The translations under genes and the position numbers were made by a program. Positions 1 to 14,466 of a stretch of DNA of 64,000 nt are shown here, one piece after another; the first letter of the stretch is position 1, and the number at the start of each line of letters is the position of its first letter. The notes below the pieces were generated by a model. That model was not told where the DNA came from and did no database searches. It was given only the letters and a program-made list of their open reading frames with translations. The stretch covers positions 1,809,797-1,873,796 of the forward strand of contig NC_090597.1 of NCBI RefSeq assembly GCF_000497125.1. The letters are read 5' to 3'. The stretch comes from Spironucleus salmonicida (Eukaryota).

Positions 1-266
1 TAGCACTTTATGCAGATGAGATTTTTAAAAATCTTTATTATTAAGAATAAAATTTAAATAAAAATGTCGTTTCTATTGTATAGAAGGTATGTGATGGAGC
101 AGTTTAAGGGGAACTGATGAAATAAAAGCGTCTAAAAGATATTTAAGTTTATGAATAAGATATTGTCAAGTTAATATAAGTTAGAGATGAGATGGAAAAA
201 TGGTAACTCTAAGTTATTAAATAGTTAGAATAACTCCTAAAGCGTAAAGAGATGGGTATAGATTGA
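1..266 (+). CDS. 3' end of a hypothetical helical protein (5' truncated by the window)
   Basis: Frame from base 3 is open in code 6 (ALYADEIFKN...RKEMGID) to TGA 264-266, directly abutting the kinase stop on the other strand. Confidence 0.6.
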
Positions 267-983
267 TCACTTTAATATTTTTAGTATTTCTGTCATCGAT
301 GATCTTTCACTTTAATTTTTTCGTAGAGACATTTCAAGTAATGAGAAGTACATTTCATCAACCTATTTTGGTAATTTATATTTTCCATTGGATGCTGCCT
401 ATTTGTTCTCAAAAGGTTTTTAGCCAAAAAGAAGGAAATATATCATGACTCCAAATGTAAAAACATCAGCTTTTTCAGTTAAATTCTGACCAGAAAGTAG
501 ATTTATATATTCAGGGGGTAAATAATCTTCAGTAGTGCATAATTCAATTTCATTTTACAGTTAGTTTCTAATATTATTATTTAGAAGATCTTCTTTAGTA
601 TATGTTTTAGTAGTTGCAGAAGAAAAATCACAGATTTTAAGCAAATTATCAAGTTAAATAAAGTTCTCATATTTAATATCACGATGTATTATATTATTCT
701 GATGCAGATATTCAATTATTTTTGCTGCTTGTATAGTAAAATTTTTAGTTGTTAATGTAACTTAATGCGCTTTTTCCAAAACTTAAAAAACTCGTTCTTA
801 TTCTATAATTTAATGATAAAGTTTAATTACAAAGTATTCAGATAGCTAATGTTATATTTAAAACTCTGTTTCAGCCTGCTCAATATGGCACAAAGTTGGA
901 ACAATAAAAGTCCTAACCACAAGTTGTTTATGATTAGTAGAATATATTTATGCATAACCACCACAGAACATAACTTTGTTCAT
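267..983 (-). CDS. Small protein kinase, NAK-like (238 aa)
   Basis: Code-6 ORF with CGGYAQIY, HRDIKYEN, KICDFSSA, YLPPE and KADVFTFG; stop lies in AAGTGA. Confidence 0.85.
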
Positions 984-1089
984 GGTTAATATTGTATTGT
1001 TAAAATATATTTACTTTTTGGATAAAAAATCAGATTTACATTTGAGAAACATTCTGCAAAATACATATTATATTTATATATGAATTAAT

Positions 1090-1815
1090 TCATTACTCAA
1101 TCAGCATTTCAATCTAATTATTCTCATCAGTTAAATATACAAACTTTGACTTTTTCTTTAACTTTTTAATGAAACTATAGTAAACTAAAACTGTTAATGA
1201 AATAACAAATATAATCATGGATAGCAATATGTAAATTTCATTAGAAGCACCGGAGAATATTCTAATTGATACTTTGAATCCACTAACATCTACTCTTTGA
1301 TTGATAGGTTTTCCCACCAAATATTTTTAGTTAATATATTTATTAGAACACTAAGATACATCATATTAATAGTATTAGACTTTATAACTTTTAACACTAA
1401 GCTCATCTATTCTACAAATCGTTGTATTATTGATATCAAAATCATATCCTTAAATATTGCTACAATTAACTGTTGTTGGTATTGATTTATCATGGTCAAC
1501 ACTAAAAAAATGATATTAATTTTTTTCTAACTATATACTAAAATCATTTGAAATTAGCTAATTCTTTATAATATTAGTTAATATTAGTTAATCGCAATAA
1601 AATATCTCAGAGCTAAGAAAATTATTTACTTAAATAATTTTATTTTAAGGTTTATTAAATGTAGATAGTTAAATAGCAAATTAATCATGCATTGTAAGAA
1701 TTGTTAGTTATTATTATGGTATTGTTTATTAGGTTGCTAAAAAATATTTTAGGATCAAAGCAGAGTATGGGATAATAAGTAGAATAAGCTGAATATATTC
1801 ATTTTTTCGATTCAT
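1090..1815 (-). CDS. Hypothetical membrane protein (241 aa)
   Basis: Code-6 ORF MNRKNEYIQLILLIIPYSALIL...; C-terminal hydrophobic stretch IYILLSMIIFVISLTVLVYYSF followed by KKLKKK. Confidence 0.6.
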
Positions 1816-1985
1816 TTATAGTATAAAATATAATTAGAATAATTATAAGTTTTATAGTAAATATTTAATTCGTTTACTATAGTATTATTATTTATTAATA
1901 TATAATAGTATATATTAATCAACAAATAATTATTAACTATAATTTATATATAATTATTGTTTAATTTTTAATTTTTCCTTTCCTC

Positions 1986-3185
1986 ATGCCCCCTAAGAAA
2001 TCAAGCACAAGCGACTAAAAACCATAGGAAAAGAATAATTCTGGATTCACTGATTTCGGCTTAAAACAGGAAATATTAGATAAGATAAGAGAAAATGGCT
2101 TTGAGCGTCCATCAGATGTTTAGCAGTCTACTATCCCTCAATGCTTAGAGCGTAATGATATCATTTGTCAGGCCAAATCAGGTAAGGGCAAGACATGTGT
2201 CTTTGTACTTTCTATCCTATAACTGCTGGATTTTATTCCTTCACCAGCTCCAATTTAAGCCCTTGTACTGTGCCATACTCATGAATTGGCACTTTAAATC
2301 TCAGAAGAATTCGAAAGATTTTCATCAGATATCAAGGTTATTCGTACGGTTGGAAAGACCCCAATTCATTTATAGAAATAATAAATTGAGGCTAAAAGTG
2401 CTTAAATCTTAGTTGGTACTTTAGGTCGTGTAGCAGACTTATGTAAACGTGAAATTTTAGATTTGAAAGATATTAAAATATTAGTTGTTGATGAAGCTGA
2501 CTCCTTATTATCAGAGAAGACAAAGCCATAATTCGCAGATGTTATGCAGTTTTTACCTACTGATAAATAAACTATGGTTTTTTCGGCTACTTTTTCAGAA
2601 GAAGCGTTGTTATCTTGTAAAGAAATTTTGCGTGCAGGTTTCAAGGAGGTAAGAATTGATGATAAAAACTTAGTTTTGCATGGTTTACATTAAAGGTATG
2701 TTAAATTAGAGGAAGCGGATAAGCTTGATTTTTTGTTAGATGTGTTGAAGTTAAGTTATACTTAGGCTGTTATCTTTACTTCTAGTACCGAACGTTGCAG
2801 GACATTGTAGTAATTTTTATCTGAAAACCAGATTGATTGTAATGCATTTTATGGGCATATGAATCAAAAATAACGTGAAGAGTTATATAAGAGCTTCAAG
2901 ACTAGAAAAACTCGTATTATGGTTGCCACTGATATATTTCAGCGTGGGGTTGATTTTGAAGGTGTTAATTTAGTGGTTCATTTTGACATGCCTTAGGATT
3001 GTGATTCATATCTTCATAGATCTGGCAGAGCAGGTAGATTTGAGACGAATGGCGCAATTATTAGTTTCAACTCATCAGAGGATGATCAAAAGGTTTTAGA
3101 CGAAATCTAAGATAGATTTGCAGTTGCAATTTAAAGTATGACTAGCAGCGTTGACATTGATGAAAAGTCATGCTTTTTAAAGTGA
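1986..3185 (+). CDS. DEAD-box RNA helicase, UAP56/Sub2(BAT1)-like (399 aa)
   Basis: GFERPSDVQ (Q motif, Q read from TAG), [34 protein letters not shown]; stop in AAGTGA. Confidence 0.9.
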
Positions 3186-3433
3186 TGAAATAAATTTTCA
3201 TTTGTTGACTTTAATGTGATTAATCGATAATAAATCAATAACAGATCCATTTTAATAAGAATTGGAATTATTAAACTTTTGCAAATTTCATATCAATAGT
3301 TTACTAAATAGTAAATTCAGAGGAAAAAAGTATTGAGATTTTGATAGAATATTAATTTAGTATAATAATATATTATAATTACCCACTTCATTGACATGAA
3401 TGTATAACCAATGGCAAATTCAAATTTGATTAA

Positions 3434-3745
3434 TCACTTGATTTAGAATAATACAACATAATAAATTACTACATAGATATCATAATTTGAATCTAGAGTA
3501 TATAAATATCTAATGAAAGGTTTATCGTAAATAAACCCAGAGCAGTTAAAACAAATAGATAGTTGCCTACCAGAAACGATATCATTACCAGAAAGAATAT
3601 AAATTCTTAATTTTGTTCCATTAAGCTTACCAGAATTATATTCCTGCATATTTAATGCAAGTGAGAAATTTACTTAAGAGTAACTAGAGAATATCCTAAT
3701 TGACATTTGTAGTGTATTAGGTGTTTCATAAGAGTGATCTATCAT
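3434..3745 (-). CDS. Small hypothetical protein (103 aa)
   Basis: Code-6 ORF MIDHSYETPNTLQM...VVLFQIK ending in AAGTGA. Confidence 0.5.
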
Positions 3746-3859
3746 AATATACACTATAATATATCATAATTTTACTCGCTTATATTCATGATATATTTTT
3801 TATATAATATACTAATCTATAATAATAATTTTACTCTTTATTCACCATTTCTTTTTAAA

Positions 3860-4642
3860 ATGCACCCTATTTTACGCCAGTTAGAGTTTTATGTTTCTGA
3901 TGCTAATTTGCTGAAAGATGAATTCACAAGGAATCTTATGAAGGAACATAGCTGTTAAATTCCATTAGAAATATTTAACTCATCCTACAAGAAATTGTAA
4001 CTCCATAAGTAAACACTGGACCAGGTTATTGAAATTTGTAAGGCGTCAAAACACTTAAAAATTAATGACAATAAGTGTGTTGTGCTTAATCGTGAACCTA
4101 GAAATACTCCAGTAACAGTGATTGTCAAGACTACTAAGAATCCATTCAAATTTGATAATGTTATATCAGCCTTCAAGAAAGAAGGTTAGTGGGAGTTGGG
4201 TTTTTATGAGTAGGAAGAAGCAGATGAATGTTTTGCTAAGTATAACAATACTGAGAAAGATGCTGAAAAATAATCGGATAACAAACCTAAAACTTACGTT
4301 AAAGGATTAATTTTAAAAGTTACTAATCTTCCAACTGATACAAGAAGAGGAGATTTTACAAAAATTTTTGAAGAGTTTGGGGAAGTCAAATTTGTAGATT
4401 TTTATGACGGTAATGAATTCGCGTGCGTAAGATTTAAAGAAAGCAGCCCAGAGGCAACCATATTAGCAGTAAATAAGTTTTAATAAACTTCGCTTTAAAT
4501 AAACAACCAGGAAGTCGTGGTTACACTAGTAGAAGGTGATGAAGAGAAAGAAACATGGGATAAAATTTTAAATCCTAAGGGTGGAAATGGTTCCAAATAA
4601 AATTACAAAAGAAATCAAAAGAGTGGTAGAAAGTTCAAATGA
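3860..4642 (+). CDS. La/SSB-like RNA-binding protein (La motif plus RRM, 260 aa)
   Basis: N-terminal ILRQLEFYVSDANLLKDEF La motif; C-terminal RRM ILKVTNLP...FGEVKFVDF...ACVRF. Confidence 0.88.
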
Positions 4643-4996
4643 TTTTATTATATTTATTCTAATTTGTTTCGCAATATTTAAATTATATTATATGCAATAA
4701 ACTTTTGCTATAGTTATTATGATTATTGCAACAATGATTATATAATCTGTACCTTAATAGCCTAATATAATAATTCATCACTTCAAAATTCACATTTTAA
4801 AATAAAGAACAAAGTTAAAAGTTAATTATAAATATTGTGGACAATTTTATATTATAACAATTAAAGTTACTTTGTATTGTTGATAATTTAGAATATAAAA
4901 TCTATAACTATTAATGAATTTTTAAAATGATTCTCACAAATTTAAAATATATAAAAACACACTACATTTTTTACTAAATCTTTTTCCGCTTCTTCA

Positions 4997-6328
4997 ATGT
5001 CTATAGCATCCAAACTAACAGATTTGAATTTAGTCACAATCCCTAAAGGACAGACTTCCACCCAGTTTGTATTGAACTAACTTCCTACTGCTGCTCGTGA
5101 CTCTTATTCTATACTTAACGTTTCTGCTCTTGAACGTAACTTCAATCTTTGGCGCAAAGAGCTCCCTGAAGTTAATCCATTCTATGCAATGAAGTGTAAT
5201 CCACACGAAACTATCCTTAAAACAATGCGTGCACTTGGCTCCCATTTTGATTGTGCCTCCCCACACGAAATAAAGTTGGCATTAAGCACTGGAAATGATC
5301 CAAAAAAACTTATTTATGCTAATCCACACAAAACTCCACACTCCATTATTTAGGCATATAAAGATGGAGTTGATATGTTTACTTTTGATTCCGAATTTGA
5401 GTTATTGAAAATGATCGAAAATACTCCCAAAGGATCTCGTGGTAGGTATGTTTTACGTATTCTTCCACCTGATGAATCTTCTTCAATCTGTAAATTTGGT
5501 GTCAAGTTCGGTGCTAACGAGTATGAAGCTGAGCGTCTTGTAAGACTCTGCGCTGAGTTAAAGAAGAAAAACGATACTTTTGATTTAGTCGGTATTTCCT
5601 TCCACGTGGGATCTGGGTGTGGCTCTACACTGAGCTTTGCTTTGGCCGTTCAGTTTGGGGGCCGCATTGCCAAAATAAGTCAGAATATCGGAATGGAAAT
5701 GAACATTTTGGATATTGGCGGAGGATTCATGACTACCGCTAGCGAAAAACATTATGAAAAGGTTAATAAAGATCATGGAATTTGTCCTCCTACTTTTTAG
5801 GAAATTGCAAAGACTCTCAGAGAGGAGATAGGATAAGTTAAACAATATTTCAGTAAAGATTTATATCAGCTTGCTGAACCTGGTAGATTTTTTGCAGGTG
5901 ACTGCATGACACTTGCTATCAGAGTATTTTCAAGAAGGATTCTGTTTGAGTATTCTTAAGATGAAGATCGTACTAAACTACCATTAACTGAGTCTGAGTT
6001 AGTAAAAGTTAAGCCTATATAGGAGATAAAATATTATGTTGGTGATGGCCTTTATGGATGGTTTAATGCTATTATTTTTGATCATGTTTTCCCTTATTTA
6101 GAATATTACAGAAATGGTTAGGTTTTAAATTAAACTGAAGTATACCCTACTCATATATTTGGTCCTACTTGTGACTCAATGGATTGTATTCTCTAAGACT
6201 AAAAGTTGTAACTTTTGGAAATTGGTGATTGGGTAATTGCTCCAGCTTTTGGTGCTTACACCGCTTCGGCTGCAACTGAATTCAATGGTATTCCGTACGT
6301 CAACGTTATAGGTGTAATTGAAGAGTGA
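4997..6328 (+). CDS. ODC: Ornithine decarboxylase (443 aa)
   Basis: PFYAMKCNP (PLP lysine), FDCAS, IYANP, KFG, SFHVGSG, LDIGGG, EPGR, FGPTCDSMD, GAYT; stop in GAGTGA. Confidence 0.95.
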
Positions 6329-6624
6329 TACTTTTGTTACATATAATTATTTCCTTTATAAATAACGTATTGTCTCTAATACTTTTAAATGATTTCTGTG
6401 CGATTTATCATTTAATAAATTGTTGATGAATTTAGTAATAATAACATTATAATAACAAATATTTTACTAACGAAATATTCTAGATTTTACATATATTAAT
6501 AGTAATAATTTATAAAATATAATAATTTATAAATTATGACTAATAAGTTTAATATTAAAGTTTTAAATCATAATTACATAGTATTATACGTTATTTATAT
6601 CTATTGGTTCGTTCCTTCTGTAGA

Positions 6625-9312
6625 ATGTCTTTTGACATTAATAAAAAACTAAGTGAAATGTTCTAAGCATATAGAGACTAAAATCCATCAAATGCTTCCA
6701 ATTTACTACAAGAATTCACTTCTCATTTTATCATAGCATCTTAGCTAGAAATTTTAGAAGTTTTTTCTTAAGAATCTTTAAGTTTAATATTTAATTTTTT
6801 AGGTGAATCTCCATCATTCATTGCGTTAAATTTATTGTCATTTATTTAACTATTTACTGAGCATATGAATTCATTATCAATTTTTATTAATGAAAATTTT
6901 GAGATATACATTTAAGGAGTATAATTCATTGAAACTTAGGAGCTTCTATAATTTTATTAATTTTCTATTTCTCACCTTAATCCAAACAAGAAAACATTAG
7001 AATCTATAATTTAGAAAATGTTTGATTTGACATTATTAGCAAATAGTTAGTCATTTTCAAAATAATTAGGTGATTTAATAGGTTCTATTTTAATATTGGT
7101 TGCTAGAACAGATAGTATTATTATATTTTTAGAACGATTCATTGTATTTTTTTAAAAATGGACTATAAATTATTTGTTCGGATTTTCAGAGTTAGTGCCT
7201 AGGGTGTTACGAGTATGCATTAGTAATGATAGTCTTATGATTATGTAAGTTCAAAACTTGGTTATTTAATAATTTTAATAGATTTTAAGCTATTGCTCTG
7301 ATCCCATTTGCTCTAGTTATGAAAATTATAAGATTCATTATTACCTACATAATTTATTAGAGTATTCTTATATTGATTAAAATATTTCATTTTTTAACTA
7401 ATTAGATGAGATTAATTTCTTCTACTCTATTTTTAAAAAGGCGTAAACATCCGATTCTCATTCAATTTCATTTTCTCGTAATATGGGACATTTTTACATT
7501 TAAATAAAATAAAGGTTACCTTTCACTTAATCTTTGTTAGATGATGGATCTAATTAAGCCAGATAAATAATGTTTTCATAATAAGCTATTAGTGTGATCT
7601 CTAAAGTTTAAAAAAGAACTGCAGAAAAAGATTTCTTAACATATGCTTAATATAATGGATTAATCCCAATTAAGTTGCGTACTCCTTATATTTCATTGAT
7701 TATTAGTCTATTAAAAGAGTTTTACGTAGACTTATTATCATAAAAGTGGCGATATGGTGAATTATTCTAGAAAACACAAGGTAATCGGAAATTAAAAATA
7801 TTTTCAGTAGATTAACTTTTATATGAATCTGTAGAAGAATTTTTAAGATTTTTTCTAATTCCTTCCAAGGCAGCTGTTAAAATGTTTAAATCATAGTAAT
7901 TTTTGCATGAATAATTTTAATCTGATTATTTTACTACTATAGTTTCGCAGAATATGTATGATAATGAGATGTCAGACTTATTTATAGAGGATGCATGGAC
8001 TGGTGTTCAAGAAATTGGTGTTCGCCCTCTACACTAGATGAAAAAAAAGCGACGTAAATCATAAGTCGATCTAGAGGGTATTGGGTTAAGATCTTAAAGA
8101 CTTGATGGTGAGATATAGTTACCTATATAATAGTTTAATTTTGATATTGCATAGCTACCGAAAGGATAGATGCTTCAAAAGTTTGGTAAAACCTCAAAAG
8201 GTACAAAAGCTATAAAGCTATCAGTTAATATAGATAAAAATACTACAGAAATAAATAAATTACGAAAGTAATCTGATCTTAGGAATCAAAACAAACTATC
8301 CCTTAAAATAGGTTTATCTTTACAAAAATCTGTTTTATCATCTGAAGAATCTTCTATTTTATCTGCCCCAAAATAAATTAAATAATTAAACAAAAAATTA
8401 TATTTAAAAATTAATAATACAAACAGTATATCAGATAATTATAATGTAGAATAATCATCTGATTCTGATAATTCGTAAATAGAATATTAGGGAATAAAAA
8501 ATCAATAATTGTCAAAATTTTCTTCAAATAGTTCCTTATTAGATGATTTAAATTGGTCATAAAATATGGATTTTAATTATAAGTTGACAAATAAATTGTC
8601 ACTAAATATTAACAGCAATAATTGCTAATAATTATTATCATAATCTTCGTAAGGCCATATTAATTGTATTTATGAAAATAGAGTTTTATATAAAAATAGT
8701 AAACCTTAATGTGTTATAAATCAAGAATAATCGGAATCTGCCGATATACCAATATAAATATCACAGAAAATAGAAAAATAATCTTCTTTTATTGAGGATG
8801 CTACCAAAGAAAATTTTGATTAGTTTAGTTTATCGAATGATGATATTTCCAACGCAATCATTGCCTCTTCTGACGATTTTAGCTTAGATATTGATTTTTA
8901 AAATCTCTATTAATAAACTGAACCAAATTTAAATATATAATCAGATTTTAATTTTGTAAAGCCTAATATTGATATATCGTAAGTAAATGATATAATTGAT
9001 TGTGATACTGATACTTCTCTTAAAAATGTATCAAGTTTATCACTTAATATGTCTAGTTAAGCTATGCCGGGCAGTAATCAGTAATTGTCATCAAGATTAT
9101 TAAATAAAAATTCTAGCTCTTCATCAGATCTTGACGACGATAACAGACTATCTCTTAATATTAAACAATCAAAAAATATAAATAGCACATAAAAGCTCGA
9201 CATATTTTAGATAAAATAGGAGAATGCGGAGACAATTAAAAGTTCTTCATCTAGTAATAAGAGACTAAAATATAAAGATGATGATTTTTAATTAAATGGC
9301 TCTGACTCGTGA
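6625..9312 (+). CDS. Hypothetical protein (895 aa): helical N-half, low-complexity S/D/Q/N C-half
   Basis: ATG 6625 and TGA 9310-9312 are in frame; no recognisable motif; interior not checked codon by codon. Confidence 0.7.
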
Positions 9313-9325
9313 GTAATTATTTTGA

Positions 9326-12300
9326 TCATTCAATAAATTCTAACATGTCATTTACGTTAACAGTCCCAGCATTAAGAAGACCATCTGCTTAATTATCATC
9401 TTCGAATTTACTATATTCTGCTTCATCATTTTCAGATTCTTACTTATTCATTTCTAATAACTCCTCTCCTAAAAATTTTAATTATTCATCTGGTTAAATA
9501 ATTCCAGCATTAACGCCCAACATCAAAGTTGCCATGGCCTTGCTTAGTCTATCTATTAGTTTTATCTAATCAAAATACTAGTTTGCAATCGATAGTTGTC
9601 GATACCAATTCATTTACTATTCTTCTTTCTTCTATTACTCTTCTTCAAAAGTGTTAGCTTTTTATTGTTCATTAATTTCATTTTAATCTTTCAATTTTTA
9701 CTCTGCCTCCTTTTCTTTTTATTCCTTCAATTCATCTTCTTTAATACGTTTAGCTGCAGCAGGAGTAATTGGTTTTGACGTCTTGGGTGATGATTTAACA
9801 GATTTTTATGTCTTTGGCGAGCTTATAACAGATTAATTAGAGAGTTTTTCCAAAGGATTAAGAACTTCAATAATATCTCTATGAGTTTATTAAACAGGCA
9901 ATTATAAGTCTCCAAATGAGTTATTTTCTATTTAAAGTTCACTAAGCAAACCAGCTTATTTAAGTGCTCCTTGCTTTACTTTAAGTTCTTTTTATTAGGC
10001 TAATTTATCAAAATAATTATTAGCTTCATCAAATTTTTCTGGAAGCTTTTCCGCCAAAGAAAAAATAATAGAGTATAATTGTTTAGTAACTTCATTTTAT
10101 TTACGTATTACTGGCTAGTATTTTTTATTATCTTCTGGTTTATTGTAAATAATTTCGTTAATAACAGGATATTCATTAATCACGGATAATTAGTATTCTT
10201 TGAAGACACCTTAATTTAGTAATTCTTATTAGAAACCTACTAACCCATATATATCAAATAATTGATCTAAAAATGCAACTTTATTTGTAAATTGAGATTC
10301 CCCAACTAAAAGTTATGCCGTACCAAACGTTTTTAAAAGTTTATATACCAGAGATTTGTTAAATAAATTTATTTCTTTTATAGAAGCATCTTTAGCTACC
10401 TCAATTTAACTTATAACTGGTTTGGTATCTTTAGGTTTGCTACCTTTACCATCAGAAGAAATTGCTCTTCTCTATTCCAAATTTATAAGATTCTAATTAT
10501 ATTTCAATAAATAAGCACCCTCTAAAATTTTTATAGGTACAAACAATGATGATATATCTATAACCATAGGCTTTCTAGGAATAATGGCCTAACACTAATT
10601 AGAAAAAGAGGGACTTAAATCAAATTCATACACATCTTGAGTGATAATTAGAGAATCTAATATTACAAAATGTTATCTTAATTAATCTGCCAATATTTTA
10701 TAGTAATTAAATGTATGTTACCTAGAAATTAAAAGTGAAACTTTGTCATTCTTAAGGATTTCTAATAATATTGGATTGATAATAAGTTTTTACTACAATT
10801 TAACTTATACATAGTCCGAATTTAATGAATAATGTATGACTTAAGATCTTGGCATCATACAAGATGGTGTTGTACGAGACTAAGGTCTATCTCCTAGTAA
10901 AGGGTTATATTAAGATAATTGAATAAACCCTTTTTCTGCTGCAGGTAATTTCTTTATATCATTAAATTAGATATAATCAGATTCCATAAATCTTTATATA
11001 ATTTATTCAAAACTGTTATGTTGTAATAAGTCAAGAGCTACTAGAGTAGAATCATTTACATCAAAATGGGCATAAATAAATGAATTTCCCCTACCGATAA
11101 ATTATAACTATAAGCTTATAGCAAATGTTATTAGCCAAGAGTCTTCCTCGCTATTAAGAAGTCTTAAATAATCATTATAACCATCTTTGCTGTCATTAGG
11201 GACCTTTTTACTTAATATTACTCTACATACATAAGCTATAATATCAGATTTTTTAATAATAACTTCTTGCTTTGCGCCTTTTTTTGCGCTTTCCAGACGA
11301 TCTGGTGCTTTTTCTATTCCTAAAAAACCTTCCCAAAATTCAGTATTCTTACAGTTTTCTCCTAATAAGAAAATCCATTCAACTGCATACGCAGGAGATA
11401 AACAAATATATTATTGCAACTATTTAAATGAAAAAATCTTTGACTCAAGTTAATTCAATGATTCATTGCCTAATAAAAATATATCTTTGAATTCTATAAT
11501 TTTAAATGAAAACAAAGAAACTAAAGGCTTTATATCTTATGAAATTAATGGTGCATCTGAAACAGCTTGTTCTAAAAGAACTTTTTGTACTGCTTAAACA
11601 ATTGGATCTTGAGACTACTCATAAGTGAGAAAGGCTTAAAATGATTTTACAGTAAAATCATCTTTTATTGGATTTTTTAATTAGACTTAGTATGCTAATG
11701 CATTAATTGTAGACTACGATAAAATATCTTTAATTGAAAAATTATTCAAGTTGATACCATTATGTTTAGGTATATTACACTACTCAATAATATCTATTAG
11801 TTTTTTATTAATTATAAAATCTTAATATGAAATTCGTAATGGTACTATTTTTTGGCTACTAAAAACTTCAATAGGTACCAAAAGCTCTTACTGTTAGTTT
11901 TTTTTATCTTTCCTTTCTGGTTAAGAAGCTGTAATAGGCTTCTCTATTTTATCAAAATTTATATCACCAAATAGACCAATTTAAAGGCAAGTCATTAATT
12001 CGTTTATTGATAGATTTTAATCTAATACTAGCATAGTATTAACTGGTAAAGAATAAGAATACATTGCAATTCGTTAAGAAGAAGTAAATGGTAAGAAAGA
12101 ATTCATATCTATGAAATGAGGAAATAGTTTAAAATATTAAACAAATTCACATAAATCTTTAAAAGGATTAAACTATTATGCATATGAATCATATATAATA
12201 CCGTGATAAATGACGGCACCCGTAATTTAACGTTCATTTAATGATTTTCTGGCTAAAATATTTTAAAATTTATCAACTAACATTTTTTACATTTTAAATT

Positions 12301-12688
12301 AAGGCAGAGTAGTATATTAAGAATCAATGTTCAATATAAATGATGAGTCTTTCTACGCAAAAATTTACCATTCAGAAATTAATTGCATATATACAGAACG
12401 ACATGATTATTAAATTAATTCTATTATTTTTAGAGATTATTTAATATCATAATCTGATAGAATAAAAATATCTGTGGATTATAATACTTCAATAAAAACA
12501 TCCGAATATATATCATCCTATGATAAAATATTTATTCTATTTGGTAATTCTACTTTCGTCTTGTTGATATTTATTTACGAATAATTATATAATGTTCCAT
12601 ATATATTAAATTTATCGTTAACTGCAAAAACTTTGATAATTTATTATAAGGCTGGTGTATCAATATGCTGAATAAATATATTTTTCAT
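9326..12688 (-). CDS. Hypothetical protein (~1120 aa) with charged coiled-coil near the C-terminus
   Basis: ATG 12688 (MKNIFIQHIDTP) and TGA 9326 (DMLEFIE*) are in frame; E/K/R-rich segment at ~9600-9760. Confidence 0.7.
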
Positions 12689-12847
12689 TTTGCGGAAAGA
12701 AATTATACATTCAAAAATAAGTATAATATTTAGATACATTTTAAAATTATTTTAACAGTATTCTAAAGTTTTATTGATTTTCATAAAATATTGGTTAACT
12801 TGTACATATTTATTCTAAACATTCGAATATAGTTTAAATAAATAGCT

Positions 12848-14377
12848 TTAGGAGCCCACTCCTTAAAGGTCGGGTTTCCCGGGGATCTACGAGTTAAAGT
12901 TCTGCAAATGGTATCAAAAATAAAAGTATCCGACCCACCTAAAATAGGCAATTCACTTTCGGATTAGGAAGCTAATAAGACTGGTAAGTCACCATTTTAA
13001 GAAGATTTACTGATGTAGATTGAGCATCTTAAGGATTTGTTATAATGGTCGTTCGAAAAAATATTTGAAAATAATAAAAATATAACAAATAGTTCATCCT
13101 TTCCGTATCCTGTAAAAGTAGCTATTTCACTAACTCATCCAGAGGTTTTGAACTTGAATATAAAAGACCTGTTGCATAATTACTTTTCTGTATCCGATTT
13201 ATAATTTATTCGATTGGAATCTATATGTTAGAATAAAACTATTTTTATATCTGTAGGACATAATTCTGTTAAAATTATAAATAATGATTATTATGCTACG
13301 TCAAACTAAAAAGAAGGAATTAGAATTCTACCAATCGGCAGCAAAGATATTACATAATTTATTTAGTAAAATTTACAGGCAAAATACTAATTTTTTAGTT
13401 CTAATATAACTTTTGACTTTGCTGAATTTGTTAAATAATCTTGCTGTAATTATTCTTATTATTATTAAGATGAGTCAGATATGTCGATTTAATAAAAATA
13501 CGAATATGACTATGTATAATATGTACAGAAGTTACAAAATATTAAAGTTCCACATTTCAAGCTAGATAATATTAACGAAAGAGCAATGTCTTCTAATTTT
13601 ATAGGTGATGCCTATGTTAATACAGTTAGTAAGTATGCATTTATTGAAACCAGTTTACAATTTAAACAATTATTCAATCAATAACAAATAATAGAACTAA
13701 ATGAATTTGGGAAACGTGCAAGGTCTACGACAATATAGAAATTAATTAATCTGGCAAAGGTATAAAATCCAGAATCGCTAGCTTCATTAGAGTTAGAAGA
13801 ATAGTTAAAGAGTATAAAAATCAGTGCAGATAATTAGCTTTAAATCCTATCTAGTGAAATTAAATAGTTCGAACGCAAAAAATAAATTTAATCTATGTTT
13901 GAAAGTGCATTAGAAAAGGTTGATTTTGGAGATACTTATATAGATATTTAAAAACTATAAAATCATCTTTATGCATAATATAATGAATTAAATTAATGTT
14001 CTGCGACGTGCAGTTTATAGCTAAATGATCTTGGTGTTGGAGAAACTACTATGGTTTAATTTCCACCTATTTATTATTTTAATTCAGGAGCAGCAAGTAT
14101 TAATGGCAATGTAATAATTCCTATAGTTGGAGAGTAAATAGTAGCACAAGAGTCGTATTTCAATCCATAGCTGATAAACCTAAACTGTGTAGGTGTAATT
14201 GAAGGAATTAGAGCATGTTTACCTGGATATTAGTCGTTTTCTATTGCACTTGTAGGCGCAAGTTTCCCAGGAATGGCTTAACGAATTTTTGAAGATTGTA
14301 GTAAATTTGGTTGCATTGAAGTTTAGGCAGTAGATGAATATGATACATTAAGCAAATTTATTTTAAACTTTCAGTGA
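12848..14377 (+). pseudogene. 5'-truncated copy of the actin-related protein gene (first Met at 12908)
   Basis: Begins at LGAHSLKVGFPGD and lacks the first ~33 codons of the 18096-19724 copy; no plausible upstream in-frame ATG. Confidence 0.75.
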
Positions 14378-14466
14378 ATTAATCGTTGACTCACTTTAGC
14401 TCTACTATTTCTGTAAATCTGTGCACATATAAACGTAACATATGTAGTATGCAATTAAGTCGAGAT

